A DNA stretch of 64,000 nucleotides. It comes from Guillardia theta CCMP2712 (taxonomy: Eukaryota > Protista > Cryptophyta). Position 1 is the stretch's first letter. Each line of letters begins with the position of its first letter. Position numbers and translations under genes: made by a program. The notes beneath the pieces were generated by a model. It was given only the letters and a program-made list of their open reading frames with translations. It was not told where the DNA came from and searched no databases. The DNA lies in NCBI RefSeq assembly GCF_000315625.1, contig NW_005434520.1, positions 63,489 to 127,488 of the forward strand. Reading direction: 5' to 3'. Positions 13,908 through 26,775 of the stretch are shown piece after piece.

Positions 13908-14670
13908 TCCCATCTTTGTCTTTTGTTTCTTTCATGCATCTCCCTCACTCACAGAAGCTTTGACATGTCCTTGTTTTGCCGCCTTCTCGAACCTGAAAGG
14001 GTCGGGGACAGAAAGGAAGGCGGAAGAGAAAAAAAGCAAATGAAGAGTAAGTATGGGAGGGCGAGAAAGAAGGAGGAAGAGGAGGAGGAGGAGGAGGAGG
14101 AGGAGGAGGAGGAGGAGGAGGAGGAAGGAGGAAGAGGAGGAGGGGGTGGGGGGGGAAGCAACAGAGAGCCAGTCAGAGAGACATGAGAGAAAGTTGCGAA
14201 TCAATAGGAGACCGACCAGAAGGAAGATCGATTTTCATTCTGTTGGCATCCTTTCCCAGTAGAGAAGCACAGCTGTTGTAGTCGTTATCCCTCCCGAGGA
14301 GCGGCAAGGGCACACACACAGCAAGCTCGTACTGAGCAGTCGCATCTCCGTCCTCTGCTTCCTCCATCCCTGAAGGCTGTCAGACACCTTCCTGCTCTAC
14401 TTGAGTTTACAATGATCTGCGCCATGCTGTCTTTTCTTCTTCTTCTTCTTGGTAGGCGCGTTTGCCTCCGCCTGCTCTTGCTCTACATCTTCAGCTTTGA
14501 TCTCATCACTTCGCTTCTTTCTGTGTAGCGTCCCGTCAGTTTCTCCTCTTCCTCCTCCTCATCGCTTCTACTTGCTCGTGACCTCCAGCCGTTTGCTCGC
14601 TGCTTCCCATCCACGCTGGCGATATTGCTGGCTTGTCTTCTTTGGATCATATTCTTCAGATGAATCAGAG

Positions 14671-14708
<38 letters not shown>

Positions 14709-15430
14709 TTCTTGTCTCTCTTCGCTTTTCTTCTCACGGTCCTGACAAGCTCAGTCAGGATGCGAGCAGGCGGTCGGCCGCATCCCACCTGATGTCCGCG
14801 TCTTCCTCCGCCCCTCAGCGAGACGAAGCATGGGATCCAGCAAGGACCAGGACGCGCTACCGCACGGTGATAGGGCTCGAGTCCAAGATCGATGCTCTCG
14901 GGGATCACCAAGTAGTGTAGGAGGAGGAGGAGGGGAACGCACTGGCACTTTGTCAGCGCAAGAAGAGAGCTATGCACAATCCTTCACCAGCGGATTCATG
15001 GCTTTCTTTGACGATCTTCTTCTATCTCTTCCTCCCAAGTTTCCAGAGGAAGCCGTTGTTGCGGTTGATCCCCTGTGTTTCTGCTCTGACTGTGGGGACA
15101 TGCTTGCTGTTCTTGCTTCCTCCCTCCCTCTCATTCTGAGAGTCTTCCTACCCTCATCCTCTCTCGTCACACGTGTCGCTCCCGCCATCTCGCATCCTCC
15201 CTCCCTCCACCTCTGCCTCTCCCTCGCACCGACCCCGGTCCCCCGCGTATCCTGGTTTCCTCGCGTTGCGCCCCGACTCTATTGTCCAGGCGGCCGAAAG
15301 GGAGGGAGGAGGGGAGGAGGTGGAAGCGGGGGTGGAGGGGGGGGCGGAGGAGGAAGCTGAAGCCAAGGGTGGAGACTTGAAGAGTTGGAAGTAGGCGAGG
15401 CCATGAAAGATGGCGAAGACAGCATCGGAC
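11900..15430 (-). CDS. Sel1-like repeat (SLR) protein, many introns (boundaries approximate)
   Basis: Exon translations 'GDATAQYELAV', 'ASELFKHAAE', 'EAIRAYTFAASRGSAKA', 'DNSKAIHFLR', 'GDAEAQFKLGILYSN...PSDPKKSLDFFRK', 'DHPLAQYNLAICWLDG' and 'DEAKGVSWLRKAADNG' match the Sel1 consensus. Confidence 0.8.
12134..12221. repeat. (CTG)n microsatellite (intronic)
   Basis: Directly visible trinucleotide run. Confidence 0.95.
12797..12870. repeat. (GAG)n microsatellite (intronic)
   Basis: Directly visible run. Another lies at ~14072-14125. Confidence 0.95.
13777..13907. repeat. (CTCCTG)n hexanucleotide microsatellite (intronic)
   Basis: Directly visible run of about 21 units. Confidence 0.95.
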
Positions 15431-15620
15431 CATGATGGGCGGGCAGGGAGGGGGAAAGGAAGAAAGACAGCCAAGCTTTAACTAGCATGCAGTTCCAGGC
15501 AGAAAACGTGCATGAACATGTCGAATCAATATCATCTTCATATCTAAGTTGCTCCTGTGTTTGCCTTCCACTTGAGTGAGAAAGTAAACTTTGATATCAT
15601 TTGGTCTTGAGCAGCTTCTG

Positions 15621-16433
15621 TCATTCATTCATGACAGACAGGTTCCTTTCTTTCTTACGCTTCTCCTTGTCCTTCTTCTTTTGACGGTCATTGAATCTTC
15701 TTTTCTCGAACGCTACTTCACGTTTTGCACCAAAGGAGATGCTAGAGGGAATGCTGATCCGCTGCACATGAGAGCATAGATCCTCCATCTCCTCATCATG
15801 CTCTCCTCCTTGCGCGTCCTCGCTCTCCATGTTCTCGTGGGCCTGAGGTTTCTTCTTTCCTTCCTTTCTCTTCTTCGCTCCCTGCACGTTGAATCGCAAG
15901 CTTCTGGGATACTTGTGCACATTGACCAGGTGCCAGTGACGCTGCAGCTCGCCCTTGAACTTCTTGCCGCATCCTTCCACCAGGCATTCGTACATGTTCT
16001 CCCGCTTCGCCATCGCCCGAAAGAAGCTGTCGTGAGTCTCCTGGACATGCAGCCCCAACAATCGGCAGGTGCGAAAGTTTGCCTTGCAGATGGAGCAGGT
16101 GTTAACATGCGAGTGAGCGTAATGCCGCTCGTACTCCTCAATGGACGAGCTCACATACCTACATCCGTCTATCCCACATTGAATCTCCTCACACACATCA
16201 TGCAGACTCTTCATCCCCAGCTCTCGCAGCCCCTTCTTGACAAGAACCTCTCTCGTAGCGTTGCCCTCCTGAAAGAACGTGTCCCAAGGAGCGTAGGATC
16301 GTTTGCAAGGCCTGTAAGCATTCATTCTTGCATCGTCGAGATTCATGGCAGTCGGACACCCGCCATGGGACACGGGCTCCTCTTGGTTGGGATCCATATT
16401 CTCTCCGGTACAATGACGCGAACGATATTCCAT
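15621..16433 (-). CDS. C2H2 zinc finger protein, ZNF511-like (5' end uncertain)
   Basis: Three fingers CGIDGC..HYAHSH, CSIC..HVQETH and CLVEGC..HLVNVH, with the family-typical 'HDSFF..MYECLVEGC..HKYP..LRF' and a C-terminal 'IPSSISFG'. Confidence 0.85.
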   Translation of the reverse strand: MEYRSRHCTGENMDPNQEEPVSHGGCPTAMNLDDARMNAYRPCKRSYAPWDTFFQEGNATREVLVKKGLRELGMKSLHDVCEEIQCGIDGCRYVSSSIEEYERHYAHSHVNTCSICKANFRTCRLLGLHVQETHDSFFRAMAKRENMYECLVEGCGKKFKGELQRHWHLVNVHKYPRSLRFNVQGAKKRKEGKKKPQAHENMESEDAQGGEHDEEMEDLCSHVQRISIPSSISFGAKREVAFEKRRFNDRQKKKDKEKRKKERNLSVMNE

Positions 16434-16859
16434 GATGCTCACTAGTTCAAGATCAAGGATCCTGCAATGAATCAAGGTCAATCCATGAACAAAAAATGTT
16501 GGAAAGACACAACCAATCCGCACTTTGCAATGCTTTCCCACATATCCTACTCACTACCTGATCATAATTTGCTTTAGTCATTCTTCTTTTTCTGCTACCT
16601 GACTCAGTGAGAATCTTGAAGAGTAATCTCGTGAGATGATAGTCCCTTCCCTCCCTCCCTCCCTCCCTCCCTCCCTCCCTCCCTGCATCGATGTCTCCTT
16701 TCAACATCCTTGAAAAGTTCACCAACGTATTTCAGCAACTTCTGCTATTCTTGCTCGTTGTGCTCCTTGGGGTCGCGATCGTGGCTCCTTATCTCCTTTG
16801 CCTTGGCGCTGCCGTAGTGCGCATAGAATCAGTTGACCCTGCAGTTCCGTGGAAGGAAC

Positions 16860-17989
16860 AAATTTCAAAGTCGGGGCCGTCAGTGCCACGGTGTGACTCG
16901 TACGTCACCAGGCCCGGCGCTCGGCCTGTCACGCGGCCGGCAAGCCAAGTTGCCTTCAGTACGGTACCGTCAACTTGTGCCGCTGACGGACGGTGCCGCG
17001 GTCGGTGGGCCCCCAAACTTACAGTCACGGATACCTTCCAACGGCTCACTGGCTTGACTGGCCAGTGCGGCGCTCCGAGCCTCGGAGGACCCGGACCTCG
17101 TTAACAATCAATGCCATTGCCAGCTGAATCCGATCCCCGGCGGGCCCCCGGCTCGCCGCGAGTCACACGGTCAGCCGAGTCACGCCTGGCGCTGCCACCG
17201 TGGCGCGCCGCGCCCGGCCGCCCGGCCCGGCACTGATCGGACCCGGGGCCGCGGCACCCGGTGGTGGCCAGCCGCATGCCCAGTGCCGCGCTGCCAGGTG
17301 AGAGTGATAAGTACGGTCGCCCAGTGAGTGACGGTGGGAGTCCGACGGTCCGATCGGACTCATCATCTGTTCAATTCGGATCCCCGGCGGAAGTTCGCCG
17401 AGCGCTCCGCCGGAGATGGGCCGGGCGGGCGGCCGGGCGGCCGGGCCGCCCGGCCACCGCTGGGGGCCCCGGGCCGGCGCGCGAGTCACTGGCCGCACTT
17501 CAACTGCCGCAGTGCGGCTGGTCAGTCCGAGCCGCGGAGCCGTGCAGTGCCACCGCGGCATCCGACTGATGAGTCATGACCGTACCTGCCACAGGTACGT
17601 GCGGTGCGGCTAGTGACGTACGGTATGCTGCGCGTCATAGGGATGATAGGACTGGGATAAGTTGAGTCTCGTGAGGCCCCTATCCCCCGCTACTTAAAGT
17701 ACCCCTCCGTCGCTCTACCCTCCCCGTTTCCTTCCATGTTCCTCCAGTCAACTTTGGGTTTCCCGGATGTCAAGCCCGCCCAGACCACCCCACCCCCAAT
17801 TTATCTATCAGCCCTAAATGCAACAGATCCTGGAAACCCCCCTAGGAGATTTTGAGGGAGGGGGTGGGGACAGGCAACCCTTTCATGTTTGTAGCCTACC
17901 CTACCCACACAAATACCCTACCCTACCTCTTACCTACCCTATGTTTATAAGTGTCCTCGTACTGATTTTTAACTTAACTTTGAGTAAAG
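16860..17989. repeat. GC-rich low-complexity tract plus C-rich tract ending in an inverted copy of the 38-bp motif at 3041
   Basis: 17952-17989 is the exact reverse complement of 3041-3078. Confidence 0.65.
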
Positions 17990-18689
17990 AAGCCCAGGAC
18001 CCTGGCCTCTGCTTATGTCAAGGTATCGTGAAAAATAATGAGAACGAAACAAAATCTCTATAAAAGAAATTTTTTACAGTACCGACAAAGCCAAATAAAT
18101 CACGTTTATTATTTTCTAAATATATATTATTAGTAATTTTGAAAAAAAACATGAGGTGACTAAAGTTTATGATGCTGGCTGTTCCTGCAGGAAGTTGACG
18201 TGAAGGAAGCAGGACCATGAGACCGTGAGGGAGGAGGGAAGGGAGGGGGAGAGGGCAGAGAAGAACGAGCGTGAGAGGATCAGATCGTCTGTTGAAACAG
18301 ACTTGAAGAGCAAGGATGTTGTGGGTGCATCTATTCCGAAACTTGTGTGATGAGAGCGGTGAGGGATTACTTGAAAAGGCTCCAGGGCCTCTGGAGGGAT
18401 ACAATGGAACATGCGTACCTGAACGTTCAGCTAAGAAGTCGTGCGTGTAAGGAGGTCGAAGATCAACTAGATTCTGATGGGGATTAAGGTCTTGCAGAGC
18501 ACCAGGTTCAATGCAAGTTTGTAGAGCAGAATTAGGAGTGACCATACTTGAAGTAGAAGTACACACATACAAGCGTGAGCATATATTGTGGTGTAGGAAA
18601 ACACAACAATGTTATTGTGATTATCATCTATCGCTTTGATGGTTGAGAGGCGTGAGACTCTCATATGACATGATGATACAGACTTGAAG

Positions 18690-19870
18690 ATGCCAGGAAT
18701 AGTTCGCCTGGCACTTGTTCTAAACCTTGTCGCGCCCTCAGCATGCTTCCTCACTCCTTCGATGAAACTGATTCGGCCAGGTGAAGTCTCAAGTTTGCCT
18801 TTGATTCGGTCTGAGTGTTTTTTGAGCAGCCATGGAACTGAAATCGTCATCTTTCCTGGCATCCTCTGCTCGCACTTGTACAGCATCGCCATCGCTCTCG
18901 AAGCATCGTTGCCGTGCCATGAGTGCTTTGAGGATGCAAGTGGACAAGACAAAAGGTCTAGAGCGACATCCTTCCATATTGCATGTTTTTGAACGTGTAT
19001 CGTATTCATTTCTGTGATGATATGATCTCTGTTCCCATTTGATGCCGTTATATTCATGATTACGTCTGGTGCAGCGAATTCCGGGAGTGGCAAGTCATCG
19101 GCAGCGTACAAGGCAAGGTAGTAGGCGATTTTATTTAACATGACAAGATTGTTAGACTGCATTGAGAGACACTGCCATCGCCGTTTCTCTTGCTTCCGCG
19201 TTCGGGGTAGCAAAATTCTCACCATATGCTTGCAATCGCTCATTTCCCTGTCAGATTGGTATCTGGAATTTTCTTGGTGGAGACAAGGCACTTGAATACT
19301 TCACTGGGTATCTTTTGGGTACACAAATCTCTGATTTACTTTTCTTGTGTGATCTTCCTTTGTAGAGGAATCTTTGTCTGTCGATAACTTGTTTGTATTT
19401 CTCCTTCTCTTCGAGGTAAAAGAGTAGTGCGTTTTCATGTTTCTTTGACTCATTGCTTCCACAGTATTTCAAAGTTCCTCAATCACAACAAAAAAAAGTT
19501 TTATCCTATGGAATATGGGTAACGACACAGGTCAGGATTTGATGTATCTGAGTTTCAAACAGGGCGCTATCGTGATGAGGGCTGGATTCATCTCAGCAGG
19601 TTTCCCCCCTTGTTGCTGTCTCTGCTTGACTTGTTCGTTCCCGCCCTCCTTCCACAGGTCTAGTTGCAATCCAGCAGTTTCGTGGAGTTCTCTTGGTGTT
19701 TGCTGGACTTCTGATGTATTCTTCCTTCAAGATGCTCACCGGTAAGCCCCAAGCGATGGACAGGAAGCAACGAGGAAAGACTCTACGAGAGAGCGAGAGC
19801 GAATGAGAGAGAGAGAGAGACAGAGAGACAGAGAGACAGAGAGCGAGAGCGAATGAGAGCGAGAGAGACT

Positions 19871-19924
<54 letters not shown>

Positions 19925-21146
19925 GATGAGAGAAGTGCGGAAATTGAAGTATCGCCAAAGTAGTGAAGAGATGCAACAGGAAAAGAAGAGGAAGGAGATG
20001 AAGCAGATATCAGCGAGAACTCGATCGTGAAGGTAAGCCATTTCGGACATCGGGAAGGCGTGAGATGAGATCATGGAATTCAGTTTGCGAGCAAACTTGT
20101 CCAATCTACCCCGGAATATGACGGCGATAGATTTTTCACGCTTGTTGATGGTAACCAGATTTTTCGTCTTGCGCTCTTGACGGGTGATGAAAGGTGTGAA
20201 GAAAGCGACCCCATTGTTCCTGGTTCTTCTCTGTGTCGAATTCAGGTATTTCAGCAGCAGCAGCAGCAGCAATAGTATTTGAGTTTATGCTGCGGTTATG
20301 CGATTCATGCATTGACTTCGATCGTAGCGATGTGATGTTTGCGGTCGACTCGATACCTGCTGTCTTTGGAGTCACCGAAGATCCTCTTATAGTGTTGACT
20401 TCCAATATCTTTGCAATCATGAGGTGATCCGAGAAGTTTCTTTCCTGAGGCTGCCTACTCAGCCATGTCTCCTTCAGTTTGAGGGCATTGTATCAAGTAC
20501 TGGCGCAGCTAGTGAGATATGCACTGAATGACCGTTAGTTGCACTCAAGCTTTTGCAGGCCAAGGACTTGAAGTATCTTGAGACTGCAGTTGGAGCTGTG
20601 CTGGGCTTTGTGGGTCTAAAGTTGGTGTGTTGCTCTTGCATGCCATGAAGTATGCTCACTTTGCTTGTCAAGGTTGGCGAGTATTTCGGGTTTGAGCTTC
20701 CAGAGCAAGCTTCCCTGGTAGCATGAGCATCTTTTCTTGTTCCTTCCGGCTTGGCCCGTTTCTTCTCTTTTGTCCTCATTTCTCCTGCTCCTCCCTCCTC
20801 GTATCATCTTTGACAAGCAAGCAGTCTGTCGTGATCGGGCTCCTGGGCACTGGGGTGGGAGCAAGCATCTACGAAAAGAGGCAGAAATTCAAGTTGCTTG
20901 ACCTGGACAACGATGGTTTCCTCACCAAGGTTCCTCCTAGCCTGCCTTGTTGCACAAATGTCTTAACGAACTTGCTTTTGCAGGAGGAGCTTGAAAAGAG
21001 CGGGTTGGATGTAGAGGAGGTCAAGTGACACTGTGAGTGTGAGCCTCGTTGATGGATTTTTTTTTCTGCAGCTTTTGTCGCAAGCAGACGTTGACATGGA
21101 CGGGAAGATTTCGATGAAAGAGTTCATGGACGAGTACAAGGCGTGA
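18690..21146 (+). CDS. terC: Plastid-targeted TerC-family integral membrane protein with a C-terminal EF-hand pair (spliced)
   Basis: Leader [21 protein letters not shown] (signal peptide plus Phe). Exons '[10 protein letters not shown]', '[17 protein letters not shown]', '[18 protein letters not shown]', '[13 protein letters not shown]', '[32 protein letters not shown]', '[19 protein letters not shown]', then EF loops [12 protein letters not shown] and [12 protein letters not shown]. Confidence 0.88.
19786..19922. repeat. (GA)n microsatellite in a terC intron
   Basis: Directly visible. Confidence 0.95.
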
Positions 21147-21662
21147 AGCCAAGGCTGTGATCATCGCGAAGAACGCTGTTTGGATTCGGAACTCGGGATC
21201 AAGATAGAACTCAAGTTGAAGCAAGTCTGGGTAGAAGGGGGTACTGGTCATAGGCACTGAACAACTTCAACGATTCCGAGTGATGGTTCAGTTCACCATC
21301 ATGACAACGGCGGGCAACTTTGCGCTGAGTCGAAGACTCTTCATGACTCATGATCGGAAGGCCGCTGTGGTTCGACGTGAAACTTTGTTCGTCAAGCTTA
21401 ACTTGACTCTTGACTGAGTTCAACGGTTGGGACTTGAGATACGGTACGCCGTGGTTTAAAGCCTAGTTGTGGTGAATGATTTCTTTAGTGAAAGCTTTGT
21501 CTCAGCCTAGTGTCTCAGTATAGTATGGCCCCGGGCAGCGCCGGGCCCCTGCTAGTTACAGTGGGCACACAGAAAGTGTGCGATGGCGAAGAGAGGGGAG
21601 GGGACTGCACAACAACCTTGACGATGAAAGACATCGATTCCAGCCTGTAGGATATGCTGCAC

Positions 21663-24600
21663 ATGCGGGCTGCTCTCTTGTCTTCCGTCCTCTTTTGCCT
21701 CCTGTCGCCTTCGTTCCCCTCGGGCGTGTCTAAGTTGTCGAGGGAAAGTCGCAGGTATGCTCCCCTTGGAGGTCTGCTAGAAACCCCACCGAGACACTCG
21801 GTGACGAGAATCTCCCTGGACAAGCTCAAGTCGCAGACCAAAAGCGTGCGGAGCCTGAGTAACTCAACTCGTTTGAGCGTCGAGCGAGCCTTCGACTCTT
21901 TGCTGGACGTCTGCACGTCCGACGCTGTGGTAACAGAGTCGCTGCGTCAGGCCTTCGAGACTCTCAATGTCATGAAGTCTTGTGGCGTCAAGCTAAGCAA
22001 GTCTGCCTATCGCGCTGTTATCAACGCCTGCATCGGCTCTATAACAGGTAACCAACTGCCCTTGCATCCCTTGTTGAATTTCTCTCCAGGACACGCCAAG
22101 CACACAGATCATGAACAGCAATTGATGTTGAAGAAAAAGAAAACTCTGCAGCATCTCTCATCTCTGGTGGCATCTTGTGCCATCAACTCTGTTCGATGTG
22201 AGGCTTTGGACATTGCCCTTGAGACTATCTCGGCCATGCACAACCATTCCATTCCTCTCGACCACACCGACTTCTCTCCTCTCTTCAAGGCCATCGAAGT
22301 CTTCGCTGGTAACGCTGGTCCTCTGCAAGAAGGAATCCGTAGCATGCGGACGATGCTCGACATGGGTCACTCGCCGGACGCGATTGTTTGCAATGCTCTG
22401 GTGGACATCACCTCCTGCGGCCTTGACTGATCGGACTTTTACAGCTAGAAGCCTGCACAGAGCTGTCTGCTGGAGGAGGCGTGTACGAGCAGATCCTTCA
22501 CCTGCTAGACTCTGCAAGAAGGGAACATTGCGCTGACCCTTGGGCCTACTCATCCGCACTCTTTGCGCTAAACGAAGCACAGAGATACGTGCTGGGTAGC
22601 GGCCTTGAAGTGCTGGAACTAATGATCGAGATGGTGAGGGATGAGAAGATCAGCACAGGCTCTCATGTTCGTGTTTCAGAACGTCAAGCCTGATCCGGTG
22701 ATGTGCAACCTTCTCCTTATGGAATGTGGACAAGCCGTTGCTTGCAGCGGGGGTTGCCTGGTGGAGTCTTTGCAAGTGAGCATCAAACTACCTAAACCTC
22801 ATTGTCTGATGGCATGCAGCTCATCAAATCTGCGGTTGAAGAAGGAATCGATCTGACTCAGCTTCCTTTTGATATGGTTGTCAAGTCCAGCGCTGAGGTC
22901 GCGAAAGTTTGCCTTAGAGCTTGCGACATTTTCATTCTGACTTTCAGGTTATTGCACATGAACATGGGGCAATCAGCCTTGGTGATAAACTGATTCGCAT
23001 GATGATCGAAGAAGAAATTACGGTACTATATGTTTCTCGATAAAATTGTTTGACGAGCAGCAAAATGCTTTTCTTGGTTGTCACAAGCTTGTTGCAGTTA
23101 CAATCAGAATCTATCGAGGCGTATTTGCATGGATGTTCGGAAGCAGCGCGAGGGAGTGGAGTGTTTAAGGTCTGTCGACGATGACGTTAAAGTAGATCTA
23201 TCGGTAAGTCGATTTGCAGATCTTGAATGGCATCCTGGACATCATGCAATCAAGCAGTAATCCTGTGAGATTTCGCCATCACTTTACCTCAAGTGTACGA
23301 TTGATGAATCTCTTGACAAAGGCAAATCTTCGTGTTCAATCAGAAATCATCCGCCTTTGCGCTCATGCTGGGGGCAAAGGCGGATCCTTAAGCAAGGCGC
23401 TGTCGGTGATGCAGTACCTACGCTTGCATGACGTCAAATATGGTGCATTGCCAGCAGCCGAGGCTGTGAGTGCTGATCATATGACAGATGCAAAAGCTGT
23501 TCTTGACGTCATGGATGCCGCTTATCATTCCGCGAATGGTAAGCTAAAACGATATGTTTGTGCTATGCCTGAGATAGAACAGGTGAAGGATGCCTTTTCT
23601 ATGGCTATAAGGTCACCACAGACTTGAATAGCAATGTTTTTTCCTTTACACTTGCTTTCTTTAGATCTTGCAGAGAAATGTTTTGCAGACCTCAGAAATT
23701 TCAAGCGGTGCTTTGGCCGAGACTTGATCTTCCCGTGCTGATGTTGCTGCTTTCGTAGGCAGTGAAATTCTATGCGCGATCTCATCAGCTGCTGAAAACT
23801 CTTTTGAGTTGAACGTGAGAATTTTTCTGCCCCACAATTCAGTGATAGGCCATGCTCTAGACGCGAACAAAAGATCCGTACTACGTTTTGTCAAAGAAAG
23901 GTTTCTGATGTCTTTTTGCAATCGTTGATCTCGATAACTTTTCTCCCAGTTGGTCATCAACGTCCACACAACTCCTCCTCAGCGGCCAGATCAAGCTCAG
24001 TAGGTGTTGCGAGTGAGGTTGTGCTGGAAGGCGTCAAGGTTGTGGAATCGTTGAGTCCTCAGCAACTTCATCGCGCTGTTTCTTTGTATGCGAGCTGTTG
24101 GCTTGTCGCCACGCTGACCTGGCTTCCTAGGGCGATCGAGACCATCTTGAAGGAGTGCGCGGGCGTGAAATCGGTTGGGTTCTTGGATGACCTTGAGGGA
24201 TCTGAGACCCAAGAAGGAATTTTTCGACTTGGTATTGAGGTTGAAGGAGCTTTTGCCCAGGGGTATGTGCGATGTGAAGTCGATTTAGGTCTTTCAAACA
24301 ATGGCTGATGCGGGGTTGAAGCCGTCAGATCAGGCGATTTGTTCGTTGATATCTGTATGATAGCTGCTCCAAACTTTTGAAAAATTCTCTAACATATTTA
24401 CAAAGACGAGTTGCAACTCTGGATTGGTGGCGAACGAAGGAGTCTCGAGATGCATTCAACTTCTCAAACGAGTCAAGGTCTGAGCATCTGCACCGACCTG
24501 CTTTCATCCGGTTGCTCAGGTTGCTAAGTGGAAGGTTGAAGACAATCAGTTGGAATACTTTGCAAAACGAGTTCTTGAATTCTGTGCGGTGGGGGCTAGA

Positions 24601-25600
24601 ATATCCGGTATGATGCAGGAAATTCTTGATTAGTTTGATACCTTTTGGAAGGGGTGGCTACTGCCATGGACATTGTCACCATTCTTCAGTCAAGGTCTAT
24701 ACTTGCAACTCAGCATTTCATTCATTCGTTTTGATTAGAAGCATACCCATCGACAATGAAGTGTACAATGCCTTGATGACATCAGCGGAGGCACAATCAA
24801 ACTCTGTTGCGTGGAGTCTAATAGTTTGCTAGATGGAGTGCTCGAGAGCTCCGACTACCATCTCCTTGGGAATTTCCCTACTCAAACAGATGCAGTCGAC
24901 AGGTAGAGAATAAACAAAAGCGCAAATTTATTTGACTTGTTGCTCTTTCAGGAGTTAATGCCGACGCCACAGTCTGTGAACATTTGGTTTCAGCCGCAGC
25001 TGTGGCACAGACAGGAGCGTACAAAACAGCCATGGAGGTCGGGGATAGCCGTAGTTGTTGATCGATTGAATGCTTCGCAGGTGCTCAACTTTGTTGACGG
25101 GAAAACGATGGACTCGAAGAACGATGAAAAATCTTTCAAGGACTTGACAAAATCACGAACTGCCTCAAGTAGACCCAGCGATCTTGAAGCATCTTTGAGT
25201 GGTTGTGTGAGAAGATTGAAAGAGGAGGAGCTGAAAGTTTTCACTCTCTCAGGTAGTCAATCTCCTGCAGCTTCAAAAAGCTTTCGATCCCCTTCCTTGG
25301 ACTCCCTTGCCACCGTCCCACGAACACCCAAGGATAGCATTAAGCGCATTGTGAGAGGAGGAGGAAGAGAGAACCAGGAGGGGCTGGTTCTGATGACTTG
25401 CAGGGGGTTGTACCAGACAAGCTGCCCAAGACGCCGACTCCTCTTCTGTCTGCCTCGAAATGCCTTCCAAGGTTATGAACCTCGCCATCCTAGCCTGAGC
25501 CTGACGTGAAGACCTCCAACAGGTCATCGCCCACCCGACGAACTCTTTTCTCTGAAGACAAGAGTCCTGCAGACATGGACAGCTTCTCTTGATTCCGGAA
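21663..25600 (+). CDS. Pentatricopeptide-repeat-like (PPR) helical protein, probably organelle-targeted, multi-exon (3' end uncertain)
   Basis: Hydrophobic N-terminus. PPR-like motifs 'AFETLNVMKSCGVKLSKSAYRAVINAC', 'MLDMGHSPDAIVCNALVD', 'NVKPDPVMCNLLLMEC' and 'IPIDNEVYNALM'. Confidence 0.65.
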
Positions 25601-25789
25601 GCTTTACTTCATGACATGTCATCCTTACTCTCCTCGTTGGAGGATACAGTGCGTTGCAGGGATAGCTTGAGAAGGAGAGTATTACGCATTGAAGAGAGCA
25701 ATTTGTCTGTAATGACTTGGCAGATGCATATTTTGGTACGCGAATGACTAGGATTAGCCTCTGATTCCAACAAAGTTTAATAATATCAT

Positions 25790-25910
25790 GTACAACTTAC
25801 ATCAGAGTGTATTGTTGCAAAAGATGGTACAACCTATTTGCTTTGAGAAATTAACGCCAGTCACTTTTCTACACTGGGTTGCTGACTGCAAATTGAACAA
25901 CAAAACAGTT
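25790..25910 (+). pseudogene. Fragment homologous to the Crypton-like gene at 43446-44400
   Basis: 'LLQKMVQPICFEKLTPVTFLHWV' aligns by eye with 'MLQKQINPIHFEKFTPVMFLDWV' (ORF 43910..44146). Confidence 0.6.
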
Positions 25911-26775
25911 AGTACTCTAAACATGCTCGTAGTAAAAGTCAGGGTTGATACAGCTGCACAGGGATGCAAAGAAGGGGAAATGGAGGACGGCATGAATGAT
26001 GCTCGAGCCAGCGATCGCGAACTGAAAGAGATATAGATCCGAGATAGCGAATGCTGATGATGTCCCGGACGCTACTGCTCATCAATAGTACATCACGGAA
26101 TATTCCAACAGTCTTGCATAATTCTTCTGCATGTGGCATATCATGAAGAATACGCCATATTTTCGTATCACATTACATATCTGCACCCGCTAGGCACATT
26201 TTCAGAAATGCTACATTTCAATTTCAGCTCATGTTTGATAGGTAAGACACTAGCGAAACCCGTTCAAAGCATCGCGAACCTTTTCGTAGGAGGTCCATCC
26301 TTTAGCCGTGGAGCACTGAACCACAAACAAGACCAATACCAACCGACTGTTGGGAACATGATGAACTTGCGTCGAATATGGGATGATGTCGATTCTTACA
26401 CAGCACATTCCGGATTTGGCCCATTATTCAGCTAGACATATCAGACAAAAGCAAGATTGATTTTAGTCCCTATCGTCCCTATCGTCCTCACTTACTCGCT
26501 ATCAAGCCCAACTCGCCCCCCATCTGAGATAAATCGGAAGAACACAAAATGGAATGTTAGCCCATCGTTCCCTGAGCTCTCTTCAATCAAGACACCGCCT
26601 GTAATTCGCAAAAACCGTGATAGAAATGTCAGCAAGCCTGTCCCTCAAGACTTCTGATCTTGCCCATTTGGTTTGTGTTCGGAGCCAGGGTCGATTTCGA
26701 TGTGAAGCAGCCCGGTATGATGGGGGAGTGAGATGAAGGAGCAAGTGAGGACGTGGAGGAGGAAAGTAGGGCTTA

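Noticed and set aside
13637-14262. Poly-SC, RS, GA and poly-E ORFs
   Set aside because: Translations of intronic microsatellites.
18467-19291. 274-aa minus-strand ORF
   Set aside because: It is antisense to the 5' exons of the terC gene and has no recognisable motifs.
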